Source: Gammaproteobacteria bacterium | GTDB lineage: Bacteria; Pseudomonadota; Gammaproteobacteria; Eutrophobiales; Eutrophobiaceae | NCBI GenBank assembly: GCA_041689615.1 | Contig: JBDNFW010000039.1 | Coordinates: 104,665 to 168,664, forward strand | Reading direction: 5' to 3' | Length of the DNA: 64,000 bases | Shown here: piece by piece, positions 21,382-30,794 of the stretch | Position numbering within the stretch: the stretch's first letter is position 1 | Layout of the letters: each line of letters begins with the position of its first letter | Position numbers and translations under genes: made by a program | The notes under the pieces: generated by a model | Told to the model about the DNA's origin: nothing | What the model saw: the letters and a program-made list of their open reading frames with translations, nothing else | Database searches by the model: none

Positions 21382-22323
21382 TCAACAACGCTCCGCTACA
21401 CGCAACACAGCACTACGTGCTCGGGGGTTTTCATTAATTTCTTTTTCACCGGCTCGAATCTTTTTACCAATCTGCTTTAGCTTCACGTTGCTGTTATCGG
21501 GCATGATCGGTAATTCACGTGGATATTCTGTTGGCGTTGATTTATCACGTATAAAACGTTTAACAATGCGATCTTCCAATGAATGAAAACTAATCGCAGC
21601 AAGACGACCTCCCAAACACAAAGCATCAACCGCTTGCGGCAACACGTCTTGAATCTCATCGAGTTCGCGATTAATAAAAATACGCAAAGCTTGAAACGTT
21701 TTTGTCGCAGGATGGATGTCTTTACCCTTGTGTCGGGATTTCTTCGCTGGAACCGCTTTGCGAACAAGTTCCGCAAGTTGCGTTGTTGTTTCGATAGGAG
21801 CTTCAACACGAGCGTTAACAATAAATTTTGCAATACGTCTGGAAGCACGTTCCTCGCCATACTCATAGATCACGTTTGCAATTTCGGATTCATCAGCTTT
21901 GTTTAGCCACTTGGCAACACTTAATCCTTCCTCAGGATTCATGCGCATATCAAGTGGAGCATCAAAACGAAAACTAAAACCACGTTCAGCATCATCAAGT
22001 TGTGGCGAAGACACACCAAAATCAAACAGAATGCCAGCAAGCTGTGCCTGAAGATCACGTTGTTTAACATGCTGCGTTAACATGGTGAACGAACCTTTGA
22101 TAATTTCGAAACGTTGGTCTTGAACAAGATCGGTATTGACTGACTTAATAGCGTCGGGATCTTTATCGAAAGCGTGTAGTTTGCCTTCTGGGCCAAGTCG
22201 CTTAAGTATTTCGCGACTATGTCCTCCTCGACCAAACGTTGCGTCAATGTAGTATCCATCTGCACGTATATTGAGTGCTTCAATAACCTCGTCCAATAAG
22301 ACCGGTTTATGTCCATAGCTCAA
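21382..22323 (-). CDS. rsmH: 16S rRNA m4C1402 methyltransferase
   Basis: HKPVLL, DATFGRGGHS, GVSSPQLD, SFHSLEDR, NPRARSA. Confidence 0.98.
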   Translation of the reverse strand: MSYGHKPVLLDEVIEALNIRADGYYIDATFGRGGHSREILKRLGPEGKLHAFDKDPDAIKSVNTDLVQDQRFEIIKGSFTMLTQHVKQRDLQAQLAGILFDFGVSSPQLDDAERGFSFRFDAPLDMRMNPEEGLSVAKWLNKADESEIANVIYEYGEERASRRIAKFIVNARVEAPIETTTQLAELVRKAVPAKKSRHKGKDIHPATKTFQALRIFINRELDEIQDVLPQAVDALCLGGRLAAISFHSLEDRIVKRFIRDKSTPTEYPRELPIMPDNSNVKLKQIGKKIRAGEKEINENPRARSAVLRVAERC

Positions 22324-22336
22324 TGTTTCGAATCAC

Positions 22337-22795
22337 CTAAAGTGACAGCGACTGTAATGATTCAGGTGTGGGAACTGAATCATCACCGACTGTCTCCAGC
22401 CATTCATCACGTTGAGCCGCCCAAGCCTTTTCATTCCAGATTTCGAATTTATTACCTTGCCCGAGGATGACCGCCTGTTTGGATAACTCTGAATAGTCGC
22501 GTAATTCCTTGGGGATAAGGATACGACCTTGAGAATCAAGCTGGCAGTCCGAGGCATAACCACGCATCATTTGCTTGGTTCGTCGGCTTTGTTTATCGAA
22601 ATCAGAAAGAGAGGCTAATTTATCTTCGATCAAACTCCATTCCGGCAGGGGATACAGCCATAAAGAGCGATCTAGCGGGTTCAGGGTAATAACAAGGCTG
22701 TTTTCGGCTTGAACAGAAATAAGCTCGCGATAGCGGGAGGGAACCGCCAAACGACCCTTATTATCAATACTGATTTTACTAAAGCCTCGAAACAC
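22337..22795 (-). CDS. mraZ: Transcriptional regulator MraZ
   Basis: Two DxxGR motifs (DNKGRL, DSQGRI); start placed at GTG 22795 (VFRG) after GGGGA. Confidence 0.97.
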   Translation of the reverse strand: MFRGFSKISIDNKGRLAVPSRYRELISVQAENSLVITLNPLDRSLWLYPLPEWSLIEDKLASLSDFDKQSRRTKQMMRGYASDCQLDSQGRILIPKELRDYSELSKQAVILGQGNKFEIWNEKAWAAQRDEWLETVGDDSVPTPESLQSLSL

Positions 22796-22822
22796 AATGT
22801 TATCCCCGTTATGCTGGTAAAA

Positions 22823-22884
22823 TCCACTTTTACCCACAATTCCCCACTTCTTGAACTATAGGGATTTCGAGGCTTCACTGTCAA
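22823..22884 (-). promoter_or_regulatory. dcw operon promoter with MraZ-binding GTGG repeats
   Basis: TTGACA (22884-22879), 18 nt, TATAGT (22860-22855), then GTGGGG/GTGGGT/GTGGAT at exact 10-bp spacing (22847-22823). Confidence 0.85.
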
Positions 22885-23094
22885 GACTTCTTTGCGTTTT
22901 TTTTCATGAATTATGTCTGTTTTTACAATAACTTAGCTAACAAAAGTGGATTTATTCTGTCATATATTATTTAACTGTTTCAATAAGGCTTTTTAATTCA
23001 TTATCTTTGCTTCATAATCTAATAAGTTACTTTAAGTAGTGTCATGGTAAGTGCTTGAAAGTCTTTTTTTTGACATCACAAAACAATTTAGCCT

Positions 23095-23457
23095 TTATTT
23101 TTCGAAATTGGCTCCCATCTCGTTTGCCAGTTGAAAATAACGCTGACTAATCGCCATATCGACACCCACACCCTGCATACCATTTTGGTACAAAAGCCCC
23201 AAATTGTAGGCAGCAATTGAGTCACCCATATCGACCGCTTTTTCTAACAACTCAAGCGCTTTCTCAGCATTTACCTCAACACCCGCGCCCTTTTGATAGG
23301 CGACTCCCAACATACCAATTGCTTCAGCGATACCCTCATCAGCTAGCGGTTTCAGCAGAAGTAAGGCCTTACCAAATTCACCGTCAGAAAAAGCCTGACT
23401 GACGATTTGTATTGCGTCTTCTACGTTTTTGATTTCTTCCAAATCTTTGGCATCCAT
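23095..23457 (-). CDS. Sel1/TPR-repeat protein
   Basis: A..LG..Y..G.GV repeats (AIGMLGVAYQKGAGV; AAYNLGLLYQNGMQGV). Confidence 0.85.
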   Translation of the reverse strand: MDAKDLEEIKNVEDAIQIVSQAFSDGEFGKALLLLKPLADEGIAEAIGMLGVAYQKGAGVEVNAEKALELLEKAVDMGDSIAAYNLGLLYQNGMQGVGVDMAISQRYFQLANEMGANFEK

Positions 23458-23468
23458 AATCAGATTTC

Positions 23469-23912
23469 CTAACTGGCACTAATAACGTATTTCAGTGTTT
23501 CGACAACTTGCTCTGGCGTTTGCGCCCAGGCCATTGCTGCGCCATCTACTTCTTTCAACGGATGAATAATCGATTCATCATGCAAAGTAATATAAGGCTT
23601 ACTTAAAGCCGCACAACAGCCTGCATCAAACGCTGCATTCCATTGTTTGTATTTATCCCCAAACCGAACAATGGCGATATCACATTTCTCGATCAGATTT
23701 TTAGTACGAATACTGTTTACCTTCGACGACTTGTGATCACGCCAAAAATTGTTTTCGTCTTTACCCAAATGATCGCCTGCTGCATCGCTGGCATCATGAT
23801 CCGTAACCGCAGAAGTGTAAGTAATAGGAAGGCCTAGTGCCTCAGTTCCTTTTTTTATTTGCTCGCGCCAATCAGTATGTATCTCACCCGATAAATAAAC
23901 AGTCCAATTCAT
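23469..23912 (-). CDS. YtoQ family protein (nucleoside deoxyribosyltransferase-like fold)
   Basis: VYLSGEIHTDWR, FGDKYKQWNAAFDAG, HPLKEVD; AGAGGA RBS before ATG 23912. Confidence 0.88.
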   Translation of the reverse strand: MNWTVYLSGEIHTDWREQIKKGTEALGLPITYTSAVTDHDASDAAGDHLGKDENNFWRDHKSSKVNSIRTKNLIEKCDIAIVRFGDKYKQWNAAFDAGCCAALSKPYITLHDESIIHPLKEVDGAAMAWAQTPEQVVETLKYVISAS

Positions 23913-24094
23913 GCTCTGTCCTCTAAAAATTATTTTCAAATTAGAATAGTTGTTTAGTATTAAAAACGATACAAGTTTGTAATAAGTATCATATTTATTC
24001 TTTTTTTTAACCTATTTCTGTCATAATCTATTTTAATAACGGCAGACCAGTCTGTTTCTTTATAGCGCGTTTCGATCGCATAGGAAGACACATC

Positions 24095-25417
24095 ATGAAT
24101 ATGAAAACGCTGGAATCACACTTGGACCAATTCATGATCACTGTTATTGATTGGTCAACCAGTCCACAATTTTATGCGCAATGCGGTCTGATATTGCTCG
24201 CAATCATTTCTTCTTTAAGCTTCGCTTATATTTTAAAAAAATATTCTCCGGTTCTCAGAGAAGAACCCAAACCGGGCTACTTGTTTTTTCTAAGGAATAA
24301 AATTTATCAAGTCCGTGATTTTCTATTTCCGTTATTCAACATTATTGCTCTAAGTCTCGCGATTGAATTGAGTCAATATGCTGTACAACAAACCTGGCTA
24401 ATACGTATAGCTGAAAGTCTTGCCGTCGTATTCATGTTGTACTCCATCATAACGCGTTTTATTCCGAATGCGTTTATAAAAAGTCTAGTGAAATGGATCG
24501 CTATCCCGATTGCTGTATTACAAGTCTTTGGTTGGTTGGATGATGTCAGTGCTTATCTTGATACGGTTGATATGCAAGTTGGCAATATACGCATTTCAGC
24601 TTATGCATTAGCTCGAGTCGTTGTTGTTGGAATGATTCTATTCTGGCTAGGTCGCGTTTCAAACAATGCCGGTCAACAAATCATCCGAAATATTGATAGT
24701 TTGGAAATTGGTACGCGCGAGGTCTTTGCGAAACTGTTTCAAGTCGCACTAGTCGTTATCATCTTTATTCTGCTACTACAGTCCATGGGTATTAACCTGA
24801 CTGCACTTGCTGTCTTCGGTGGTGCATTAGGTGTTGGACTTGGTTTTGGATTACAAGCTATCGCGTCGAATTTTATCTCCGGCATTATTATTCTTATGGA
24901 TCGCTCCATTACCGTTGGCGATTACATTGAACTTGAAGATGGTCAAACCGGTATCATACGTGAATTGAAAATGCGTTCGACGACCCTGGAAACATTTGAT
25001 GGCAAAGACATCATGGTTCCAAACGAACGTTTTATAACAACCAATTTTATTAACTGGACACACAAAAATAAAAAGCAACGTTATGCCATTAATTTTCAAG
25101 TTGCCTATAAAACTGATCTACATGCATTATTTGATCTATTAAGAAAAGTGGTCGCTAGTCATCCACAAGTATTGAGTGGCCCGGAATTACCTATTGAAGA
25201 ACGACCCGATGCTGAAATTGCCGGCTTTGGTGAGTTCGGTGTCGATATCCTGATCGAATTCTGGATGGAAGGTATTGATGATGGCAAGAATCGTGTTGGC
25301 GCAGATCTATTACAAATGATCTGGGATGCGTTTAAAGAACACGATATCGAGATTCCATTCCCGCAACGTGAAGTAAGAATCTTAAACCCGTCAACTGATC
25401 AGGCTATCGTTAAATAA
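24095..25417 (+). CDS. Mechanosensitive ion channel (MscS family, extra N-terminal TMs)
   Basis: GGALGVGLGFGLQ, SNFISGII, VGDYIE, MVPN, IPFPQREV. Confidence 0.93.
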   Translation: MNMKTLESHLDQFMITVIDWSTSPQFYAQCGLILLAIISSLSFAYILKKYSPVLREEPKPGYLFFLRNKIYQVRDFLFPLFNIIALSLAIELSQYAVQQTWLIRIAESLAVVFMLYSIITRFIPNAFIKSLVKWIAIPIAVLQVFGWLDDVSAYLDTVDMQVGNIRISAYALARVVVVGMILFWLGRVSNNAGQQIIRNIDSLEIGTREVFAKLFQVALVVIIFILLLQSMGINLTALAVFGGALGVGLGFGLQAIASNFISGIIILMDRSITVGDYIELEDGQTGIIRELKMRSTTLETFDGKDIMVPNERFITTNFINWTHKNKKQRYAINFQVAYKTDLHALFDLLRKVVASHPQVLSGPELPIEERPDAEIAGFGEFGVDILIEFWMEGIDDGKNRVGADLLQMIWDAFKEHDIEIPFPQREVRILNPSTDQAIVK

Positions 25418-25420
25418 AAA

Positions 25421-25760
25421 AGAGTCGGCCGATAAGCCGGGTTCTGTCGAGGACAATCATTCATCTGGGATGCATATCGCTATGCACCTCAAGCAACCTA
25501 CCCGGAAACAGTGCGGGCCGCACCATCGTTTCCCTATTTGGTCTTGCTCCAAGTGGGGTTTACCCTGCCACTGCTATTGCTAACAGCGCGGTGCGCTCTT
25601 ACCGCACCATTTCACCCTTACCTATCGAAATAGGCGGTATATTTTCTGTGGCACTTTCCATCGGCTCACGCCGTCCAGACGTTATCTGGCACCTCGCCCT
25701 ATGGAGCCCGGACTTTCCTCTATTGAATCAAGTTCAACAGCGATTGCCTGGCCGACTCTC
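25421..25760 (-). ncRNA. rnpB: RNase P RNA (bacterial class A)
   Basis: Minus strand has GAGGAAAGTCCGGGCTCC, GAAAGTGCCACAGAAA and ACAGAACCCGGCTTA; ends GAGAGTCGGCC / GGCCGACTCT pair as P1. Confidence 0.97.
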
Positions 25761-25766
25761 GGGGAT

Positions 25767-25794
25767 AGTGTATGGGGAGAAGAATTTGATGCAA
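25767..25794 (-). promoter_or_regulatory. Putative sigma70 promoter of rnpB
   Basis: TTGCAT, 16 nt, TACACT, followed by a C-rich discriminator just upstream of the RNA 5' end. Confidence 0.6.
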
Positions 25795-25838
25795 GGAAAA
25801 AGAAGGTTTAATGAATAAATAAAACCACCCTGAACAAA

Positions 25839-26129
25839 CTAATGAACAATGACCCGCTCCATTTTCTGATACACCTGTTTATTTTTGTTCTCTAAATTCC
25901 AAAGGTTTAGATTAGTTTGCATACTTAACCAAAATCGTGGCGTACTACCCAACACACGGCTCAAACGAATGGCAATATCTTCGGTCACATCACCACGTTC
26001 ATTAACTACTTTCGATACTGTGTTTCTGGCAATACCACAGCGTCGAGCCAATTCGCTCACAGTAAGGCCCGTCTCGGGTAAAATGACATTGCGAATTAAC
26101 GCACCAGGATGAGAAGGTTTACGTACCAT
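25839..26129 (-). CDS. higA: HigA family antitoxin (XRE HTH)
   Basis: HPG motif, HTH (ELARRCGIARNTVSKVVN), TPRFWLSMQ. Confidence 0.92.
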   Translation of the reverse strand: MVRKPSHPGALIRNVILPETGLTVSELARRCGIARNTVSKVVNERGDVTEDIAIRLSRVLGSTPRFWLSMQTNLNLWNLENKNKQVYQKMERVIVH

Positions 26130-26416
26130 TAGTGATAATCCTCTAAATTAATATCGACAACATCGTTGCCATCCATAAGCCATGTAATTCGCCAGTTACC
26201 TGTCACGCGAACACTAAACTCGCCCTTACGCTGACCTTTTAATCCATGAAAATATAGACCTGAGATATCTATTTCTTCAGCAATTTCAATCGTATCTAGT
26301 GCATCCAGAATAACGATTAATCGATCTGCAATTTCTGCACGAATACCGCGTTTATCCGTATAACGCGGATCATCGAAGAAACGCTTCAATCCCTTGTGGC
26401 GAAACTTTTTGATCAT
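26129..26416 (-). CDS. higB: HigB (RelE/ParE superfamily) toxin
   Basis: MIKKFRHKGL, HGLKG, SVRVTGNWRIT, C-terminal EDYH; toxin-first order; TAATG overlap with higA. Confidence 0.92.
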   Translation of the reverse strand: MIKKFRHKGLKRFFDDPRYTDKRGIRAEIADRLIVILDALDTIEIAEEIDISGLYFHGLKGQRKGEFSVRVTGNWRITWLMDGNDVVDINLEDYH

Positions 26417-26422
26417 ATACGG

Positions 26423-26451
26423 AATGTAATCAATATGATTACATATTGCAA
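26423..26451 (-). promoter_or_regulatory. higBA promoter with palindromic operator
   Basis: TTGCAA, 17 nt, TACATT; perfect palindrome ATGTAATCA-ata-TGATTACAT (26424-26444) overlaps spacer and -10. Confidence 0.7.
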
Positions 26452-26481
26452 CCAAAATGCATGCAGAGACGACATAGTTCT

Positions 26482-27465
26482 TTATAGCTTACGAGATCGA
26501 CCTTTCTCGTATTGAGGTTTATCGCGAAGCTTTTGTTCGTTTTGTAATTTCTGAAAATTCTCCCAACGACGTTGGTCGAGTTCGCCTGATTCCAATGCGG
26601 CTTTTATTCCGCACTTGATTTCGGTTTGATGTTGGCAGTTATTAAATTTACATTGCGTCATAAATTCCATCACATCATCAAATGCATCTTCAATACCTGT
26701 CTCGCAATCACTTAACTGTAATTCTCTTATGCCCGGTGTATCAATTAATATGCCGCCGTCATTGAGTAAATGTAATGAACGTGACGTTGTTGTGTGTTGA
26801 CCTTTACCGTCTTCAGCACTTACGTCTGCGGTTAATTGTTCAGCGTCCGTTAAACTATTAATTAATGTCGATTTACCGACCCCGGATGAACCGACTAAGG
26901 CAATGGTATGACCTTCGTTACATAAATTATTGAGCGTCGTCAGACTTTTTTTATCTTTCGCATTAACACATTCAACACGCAGATCCTTTTGTAATGCTTG
27001 CACTTCTTGTTTAAATGAGTCCGCATCATCAATCAGATCAATCTTCGTTAGAATGACTACAGGTGTAATTCCTGCTTCAAAGGCCAAAGCCATGTAACGT
27101 TCAATACGCGAAACATTAAAATCCTGATCACAGGACATTACAATAAATAAGGTATCGACATTTGCAGCAATCGTTTGATCATTCGTTCGCTTACCGGCTG
27201 CCTTACGAATCAACACCGTTTCTCGTTCAAGAATGCGTAAAGGACGTTCGCCTTCATTTGGGATTAATATCCAATCACCCACCGCAAGATTTTTAGGTTC
27301 ACTGAAAACGCCAACCTCAAACGTTTCAATTCCCTTACTACTCCAAACAATGCAATGACTACGATGGATCTTTGAGATACGTGCGGGATAAGAAAGAGTT
27401 TCTTCTTCGGAGTTTAATTGTTCACCGAAAAATGTTTTCCAGCCTAATTGAGATAAATTAAAAAT
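26482..27465 (-). CDS. rsgA: Ribosome small subunit-dependent GTPase RsgA (probable ATT start)
   Basis: Circularly permuted GTPase TKID, GSSGVGKST, DTPG and Zn finger CKFNNCQH...C; frame stays open upstream of GTG 27282 through LSQLGWKTFF to TAG 27477. Confidence 0.9.
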   Translation of the reverse strand: MFNLSQLGWKTFFGEQLNSEEETLSYPARISKIHRSHCIVWSSKGIETFEVGVFSEPKNLAVGDWILIPNEGERPLRILERETVLIRKAAGKRTNDQTIAANVDTLFIVMSCDQDFNVSRIERYMALAFEAGITPVVILTKIDLIDDADSFKQEVQALQKDLRVECVNAKDKKSLTTLNNLCNEGHTIALVGSSGVGKSTLINSLTDAEQLTADVSAEDGKGQHTTTSRSLHLLNDGGILIDTPGIRELQLSDCETGIEDAFDDVMEFMTQCKFNNCQHQTEIKCGIKAALESGELDQRRWENFQKLQNEQKLRDKPQYEKGRSRKL

Positions 27466-27478
27466 AATGATTTCCTAA
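27391..27478. repeat. 88-bp direct repeat, copy 1 (rsgA RBS and 5' end)
   Basis: 76/88 identical to 29490-29577, no gaps. Confidence 0.9.
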
Positions 27479-27662
27479 GGTAAAGAGCATTTTATATTTT
27501 AAAAACAAATTATTTTATAGAGTTTAAATTATAAAGCTCACATTAATACCATATTCTAAAACAGTTCTTCCACTGCTATCTCAATTTATCCATCCAAACT
27601 GGATTCTCAAGAATCTGTGAAAATTGCCGCTAACTAATTTATCACTTACACAGTATAAAACC

Positions 27663-29461
27663 ATGAACCAAGCCAGTAGCACTATGATCGGCCGCTTTGA
27701 GGTAAGCAAACGCCTTGGCGAAGGACTCCAGGGTAAGGTTTATTTGGGCTGGGATCCAAGCCTGGAACGACAAGTTGCTTTAAAGGTCATCACCCCCGTT
27801 GGAGGTGATACGGCTTATTCTCAAGATGTCATTGAAGAAGCACGTATCGCTGCACGAATATCACACCCGAACGTAGTTCCCCTCTATGAAGTTGGCATGT
27901 ATCGAAATATGCCGTTACTGGTATTTGAATTTGTAGATGGCATGACTCTCAAGAATTATTTAAGTAAACATGGCCGTTTTAATGAAAAAGATGTCTTATC
28001 TATTATGGTTCGTATTGCCGTTGGATTAGCATGCGCGCACGAACAATGGATCGTCCATCTAGACTTATCACCAAACAACATCATGATAGACAAAGAAGGA
28101 CGGCCGCACATCATGGATTTCGGTTTGGCTCGCGTAGTCGCTGCTAACGATAAAATTAAAACTGAAAAAGATGTTGGCGGCACACCAAGATACATGACAC
28201 CTGAACATATTGCCGGCAAGGAGTTTAGTCCGGCAACAGATGTCTTCACACTAGGTCTGATGTTTTACGAATTACTAACCAATACGCCAGCAATTAACCA
28301 TCAAAACTTCGATGATATTATCGATGCCGTTGCACTAGCAGATATTGATTGGGGAAAGCTACAACATCAAGGAATCATGCCGGAGATCATCGCCGCCTTG
28401 CGTGAAATGTTACAAAAAGATCCGGCCAATCGTTATAAATCCACTACCGAATTGGTACCGGTTCTAGATGATGTGATTGCAATACAACGTAGTGAAGACA
28501 AAGGCACATTGTCACTTGATTTTTTATTACGCCGATTGCAACGTCGCCCCGAGTTTCTGGCTTGTTCACACAGCATCGCCGAAATTAACCGACTGACAGA
28601 CGAGAAAACCAACACCGACTTTAACCAACTGGGCGCCGTTATTGTTCGCGACTATAGCCTCACCAATCGCGTCATGAAAATTGCCAACTCGGTCATCTTT
28701 GATCGGAGCGGCGATGGCGTTAAAACGATATCTCAGGCTGTCTCGCGACTTGGCCTGAAACTGGTACGCATGATCTGTAATGGTCTATTATTATTTAATC
28801 AGGCCGATGATAAAGACAATGACTTAAAAGATATTCTCGTCGCCTCATTCGTTGCCGGACTCATAGCAAGACACATCACCGCTTCGATAAAACGTCGTAT
28901 TGCAGAAGAGGCATTTATTTGTGCACTGTTTCATAATCTGGGAAATCACTTACTCATTTTCTATTTGCCAGATGAGTATGAAGATATCAATGCACTTATT
29001 TTAAAAGGTGAAGAAGCACATAAAGCAGAACGCGCGATCTTGTCGACAACTACTTCTGCACTTGGCATGGCCGTCGCTGAAAAGTGGAACTTCCGCCGAG
29101 ACAATTATCAATTGCATGACACGCCTACCGCCAGAACAATTGGAACCACCTAAAAGTGATGAAGATATCCTGCGCCATGCAGCAAATTTTGCTAATGAGC
29201 TATGCACACTTGTCATGTCGAGTGCCGAAGGTATCGATCTGTTACTTGAGGTCAATCCCTTTATTGAACGTCATCAAGCCATTTTTAAATGGTGATATCA
29301 CCAAGCTGACACAACTGGTCACTTCAGCAGCAGATAAATTTTCGGACCTCGCACCCGGACTAGGTGTAAATTATAACGACAGCAGTTTCTGTAATCAGCT
29401 CAGTAATTTTTCTTTTGCAATTGAAGAAGCTCTATCACAAAAACAGATAGAAGCTGTCTAG
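27663..29461 (+). pseudogene. Hanks-type Ser/Thr kinase fused to HDOD domain, two apparent +1 frameshifts
   Basis: GEGLQG, VALK, HLDLSPNN, DFG, GTPRYMTPE; HDOD (RVMKIANS, EEAFICALFHNLG, AEKWNF). The reading frame switches near 29093 and 29287; could be sequencing error. Confidence 0.8.
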
Positions 29462-29489
29462 CAAAAGGCAAAACCTGACTCTGAAGTTC

Positions 29490-29577
29490 AGAAAGAGTTT
29501 CTTCTTCAGAGTTAAATTGTTTTCCGAAACCCGGTTTTCAACCTAATTGAGATAAATTAAAAATAATAGTTTCCTAA
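29490..29577. repeat. 88-bp direct repeat, copy 2 (degenerate rsgA 5' remnant with TGG to TGA)
   Basis: Minus strand reads AGGA...ATT ATT TTT AAT TTA TCT CAA TTA GGT TGA. Confidence 0.9.
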
Positions 29578-29606
29578 ATACTATATTTATACTTTAGAAA
29601 TTTAAT

Positions 29607-30794
29607 CTAGTAATCGTAAATATGTTCGAGTATCTGACCTTCCTCATCAAGTGCATTGATGAAATTTGCCAACCCGACCACTTTAATGGAATAAATCAGT
29701 CGTTGTTTGCCAGATGGAGAAATAATCATAGAGCTAAATAAAAATTGCGCGTCTGCAAATTTCGCTGGCCTGCTCTCGTTAGATATAACTGTTACGAGAA
29801 TGTTATCGTTGCCCGCTATTTCGACGAAATGAATTTCGTTTGACGATAGCTTTGGCATGATATCGGTGAATCCACCCCATCGAGGTATGGAAATAATCCA
29901 TTCGCTATCACTGAATTCATGTAATACAGATATGCGTTCATCAATCTCCTTAAAGCTGTTGAAATCCATTTCCCGTGGTGAAGATACATGCATCTTCACC
30001 TGACCATCTGAGAGATCATAGGCTGATTTTGCCCCAAAACCGATCAATTTTGCATAGAGTGTTTTAAAACCGAACTCCAAGGTAAAAAGAAATTTTCGTT
30101 CAATCTTGCGAATAAAATTTTTGTCGAAAAATGAAGTATCCGTCCAAATCTTTTTTAACCATTTCGAAAATGAAAACAAATACCATGGTTCATGATAGAT
30201 TAATTCACCATAAGCTGCATGTGCTTGCCGGATTAATAGATCCTCTGGTGTTGGTTCAGATGCTGTCCAGTAACTGAATCGTCCGATGGTAGTTTCGTAT
30301 AATCCCTTAATCAAAAATTCTGCGGTGGTGCTTACACCTATGACCAACAGCATAGTCTTATACTCGCTATTTGCGGGATATACATCTTTGGTAAGATGGA
30401 TAACACGATCATATAGTCGCCAATATTCATCAATACTTGCAAAGAATGGAAAATTACTGGGATTATTTCCACTACTCAAATAATGAGCATACTCGTTAGG
30501 GTTAAAGACCAAATACCATTCTGGTAATGTCAGATAGGTTTGTTCTTCACCCTTAATATACGCTGGAATATTAGAAACTATTTGCTGTTTAACTTTTGAT
30601 TCAATCTTACTAGTAGAAGTATAACTGCCAAGTGGATCGATGAGCTTGTCTTGGTAATATGGATCACCACTTGACCAAACAACAACAGTAAGAACAAAGA
30701 TAAAGAGCATTGTGACTACAAGCGCCAATAGCCCGGACTTGAATATCCACTTGGGAATTTTTTGCCACATGGATTTATAGAGTATCTGTACCAT
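29607..30794 (-). CDS. Hypothetical membrane-anchored protein
   Basis: 395-aa ORF with N-terminal TM; starts immediately after the stop of the upstream FAD-oxidoreductase gene. Confidence 0.8.
   Translation of the reverse strand: MVQILYKSMWQKIPKWIFKSGLLALVVTMLFIFVLTVVVWSSGDPYYQDKLIDPLGSYTSTSKIESKVKQQIVSNIPAYIKGEEQTYLTLPEWYLVFNPNEYAHYLSSGNNPSNFPFFASIDEYWRLYDRVIHLTKDVYPANSEYKTMLLVIGVSTTAEFLIKGLYETTIGRFSYWTASEPTPEDLLIRQAHAAYGELIYHEPWYLFSFSKWLKKIWTDTSFFDKNFIRKIERKFLFTLEFGFKTLYAKLIGFGAKSAYDLSDGQVKMHVSSPREMDFNSFKEIDERISVLHEFSDSEWIISIPRWGGFTDIMPKLSSNEIHFVEIAGNDNILVTVISNESRPAKFADAQFLFSSMIISPSGKQRLIYSIKVVGLANFINALDEEGQILEHIYDY

Noticed and set aside
22923-23060. IHF-like sites upstream of the mraZ promoter (22923-22935, 23048-23060)
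   Set aside because: Imperfect matches to a degenerate consensus in very AT-rich DNA.
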